Shown piece after piece: positions 61,136 to 64,000 of a DNA stretch of 64,000 bases (the stretch's first letter is position 1; each line of letters begins with the position of its first letter). The DNA is taken from positions 204,603 through 268,602 of the forward strand of contig JALMLS010000450.1 in the NCBI GenBank assembly GCA_038496445.1. Reading direction: 5' to 3'. The position numbers and the translations under genes are program-made. This DNA is from Trichosphaerium sp. ATCC 40318. Its lineage: Eukaryota; Protista; Tubulinea. The notes under the pieces are model-generated. The model was not told where the DNA came from. It was given only the letters and a program-made list of their open reading frames with translations, and did not search any database.

Positions 61136-61826
61136 AAATCAAATAAACTCACCTGCTGTTGTCACTTCCCGGGAATCCTTTTTTTTACTACCAGTCAACA
61201 CCAAAACCCACAATCCAGTAAAAATCATCCATCAACCTGCGCAATTTCACCGTTTACTGTGGCAGCCCAATGTGCATGAATAATGAATGATAAATAACCA
61301 ATAAAATTGAATACTTGTAGATTAATACTAGAACAAGTTAATGTGAAAAGAACAGGCTCAACGAAAGAACATAAGTCGTTCAAGTTCTCCAACCAACGCA
61401 GCTTTGCTGCCACAACAGAAGGTTTCATAATATATATGATTGATTCCTGTCAGTACATTCTAGTTTGACGTTTCATTAAAATAAATACAACTTATCACGT
61501 GATTTATTTATTCTGTTTCGGATCTCATATATCGCTACAGTCACCCACCGGATTAACCATTCTTTTAACATTTGTTATTCGTACGGCATCAAAACTGGGT
61601 CATGTAATACCGAATAGGTAGCTGTACTTAACCACATAACACGCCCTTAAAGACATTAGATTATACCACTTTATATCTTAGCAGATTACCTGTATTGTAA
61701 TATAAAGAACTGAAACGATTACTACGTGTCCACATGTCACAACAACGCAAATGTACGGCATATCAAAGGTATATTCGCTATTTATCTATTTAAGGTATCC
61801 AACGCCCTTTCAGAGAGCCAAAAAGC

Positions 61827-63330
61827 ATGTTGGACTTACCAACAGAGATTATAACTCTTATTTTACGGCAAACGACAAAAGCGAGATATGCAGCTTGTCA
61901 AACATGCCGTCTTCTTGCTTCTATCATTCATGACACTGTTGGCTATGAAAGTGCTATCATCCGGAGCTTATCTGAAGCTAAAGCACTGGTAAAACATGCC
62001 AGCACTCTTCGAAATACAAAAGTCATAATTGATACCACAACCAATATTGGACAAATTGTAAAAGAATTTTCTGGTGTTCATTGGATTGACCTTAGTTTTT
62101 GCAATGTTACAGATAAAGATTTAGCATCACTATCAGGCGTTCATACCATCAATCTTAGCGGTAATACACGTATTACAGATGAAGGAATAAAATATCTTTC
62201 AGGTGCAGCTTCAATTGATCTTAGTTTTTGTAATGGATGAATATGTCTGGCATTTCAGGCGTTTGAATTCGTGAGACTGAATCTGAACTCAAACTCAACA
62301 GAAGAAACACCAACACAATTAACGATGGCTAATATCAACAAACAAAATTTTTTTCTCTCTTTTCTTGTAAAATTCTTTTCTGTACAGAATGTATTATAAT
62401 TTCGCAACAAGTGTACTGTAGTGATGTAAATATATACACAACATCAGCGCACTACTGATAGCTACTAAGACATTGTCTTTCCTCCCAAACAGTCATGTAT
62501 TTATTGTCTAGCTGGCACAACGGTTATTCTAATGGTATTATGAGGGTATAGTGCCTTTAAAGTGTTCACTTTAGATCTTAGTTTTTGTGATGGTATTAAA
62601 AGCCGGTTGTCTATACGAAAAGGTGTAAAGGGAAGGTTCTATAATTGGTCACATATGAATGTATAGACCTCTTGAGTGGTAATAACTTTTATTGTCACTG
62701 AATACAGCTATAAGCTCTTTTGACACTGTTTTCAGTTTGTTGTTGAGCTATTGTCCGTGTCATTCAAGTTTGCTACAGGTTTGGCAGTAGTATCAAAGTG
62801 TAAGAGCCTGCAAGAACTAGCAGATCTGTCAGATCTTGTCAGCTTTGCTACAAACAACAACAAATAATTAATTAGTCTTCCATGCCAAACATTCTAATGT
62901 TCATTATCTTCCAAGAGCCGATTAGAAGTAATTAAGACTTTCTTTTGTGCGTTTCCAAAGTAACCAAGAGCTTTGGAATAATTATATTCCAACTACAGTT
63001 GAAACAACAACATTTTATATTTTAGAAAATGACTTGGTAGAATGTCTTCGCTTTTTATTGTACAAGTACAAATGTACATCTTTTTGTTGTGATTTTCATC
63101 GCTTTAATACATGGTGGGTTTTAGGATAGTACTGGACGGACCTTTCTAATAATATTCTGTGTATACCTTCTTCTGTAATTGAGTACACAACAACTTATGT
63201 AAGTGTATGTACCTATCAACGCCTTAAGATGAGTGATGAAGGATTAAAATCACTTGCTGGTGTTCTTTGGATAGATATCAGGGCTACAAAGTCGTTGATA
63301 ACAGTGTAAAATCACTCGCTGGGAGCTCAC
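61827..63330 (+). pseudogene. Truncated F-box/LRR gene with scattered downstream degenerate LRR fragments
   Basis: ORF 61827..62240 (MLDLPTEIITLIL...LSGVHTINLSGNTRITDEGIK) stops after about 3 LRRs. Remnants at about 62560 (LDLSFCDGI) and about 63230 (SDEGLKSLAGVLWIDI). Confidence 0.65.
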
Positions 63331-63490
63331 ATAAAATGATCAATATTGATTGTAAGTAATTCATGTTTTCATTTTTTTTTACATTAATAGCTTTTTGACG
63401 AGTACTTGAACGAAGTTTGTGGTTATGTACAATTTTATGATACATTTCAATAAAACCAATGTTTACTAGTTTATACGAGCGAATTCTAGT

Positions 63491-64000
63491 TTAAAACTCC
63501 CACCATTCTAGTAACAAAATAGTCAGAGATAGTGAGGTAAAAACATGTGATTAAAAAAAAATACAACCGAAATTGCAAGCTAATTAAAGATAACCTTATA
63601 GGTCTTATATGAGCACACTTACTCTTTTCATACTGTTGTCTTAACTTCTTAGCTACATTAGCAAAGTCTTCCGCCTGGTGAGCCATCTCAGCAGTCCTGT
63701 CTTGTAACTTTTCCAACTAGATAAAAAAACCCCATCAGAAAAAAATTCGAAAAACAAAAAAAACGTACAGCTTCACCACGCTCATTGAGCTTCTCTATGT
63801 TATCATTCATGAGCTCTTTAGTATCAGATATACCACTTCTAGTTGCTTCCGCTTTTCCTTTTCCTTTATTGGAACTCCTGTCGGAGCTAGCTTCGTTCCC
63901 ATCTTTACCAAAAAGTTCTTGTCTTTGTTCCTTTTGTGTTGGTTTCTTCGTTTTACCTCTAGAAGATAGACTCTCGCTTGATTTTCCCTTTAATAGTTTT
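63491..64000 (-). CDS. 3' end of a tomosyn/amisyn-like gene with R-SNARE motif and no TM anchor
   Basis: RQELFG...MNDNIEKLNERGE/LEKLQDRTAEMAHQAEDFANVAKKLRQQYEK/KWWEF*, similar to the tomosyn C-terminus (KKWYQF). Confidence 0.8.

Noticed and set aside
62690-62860. Coding-like minus-strand stretch after an AG acceptor
   Set aside because: Stops in all plausible frames and no recognisable family.

Overview
AT-rich, gene-dense eukaryotic nuclear DNA with many short (mostly 30-100 nt) spliceosomal introns. Donors are mostly GTACGT/GTATGT/GTGCGT, with several GC-AG introns. Gene content and splice consensus suggest a free-living amoebozoan-type protist (inference). All gene models were spliced by hand and all family calls come from recalled motifs, not database searches. 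Left to right: a partial secreted protein; a TerD-TerD-FYVE protein; a 15.4-kb filamin-like gene (2 CH domains, about 38 Ig repeats, 4-TM tail); a small ORF; a 7-exon secreted protein that appears to be two phage/eCIS tail-tube (T4 gp19/Afp1-5-like) domains; a PLGRKT homologue; a Frizzled-like GPCR; a RasGEF-RhoGEF-PH-Kelch-pseudokinase; a pseudogene patchwork around a bacterial-type RtcB with a mitochondrial-like presequence; F-box and F-box/LRR genes; two Rho_N-coiled coil-PD-(D/E)xK-kinase (Crinkler-like) paralogues in a direct duplication bracketing an F-box-Hint(Vint) gene and a clan GH-A glycoside hydrolase; a UAS/thioredoxin-endonuclease V fusion; and the 3' end of a tomosyn-like R-SNARE gene. 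The strongest novelty candidate is the intron-containing, signal-peptide-bearing tandem tail-tube gene at 21968-23130 (-).
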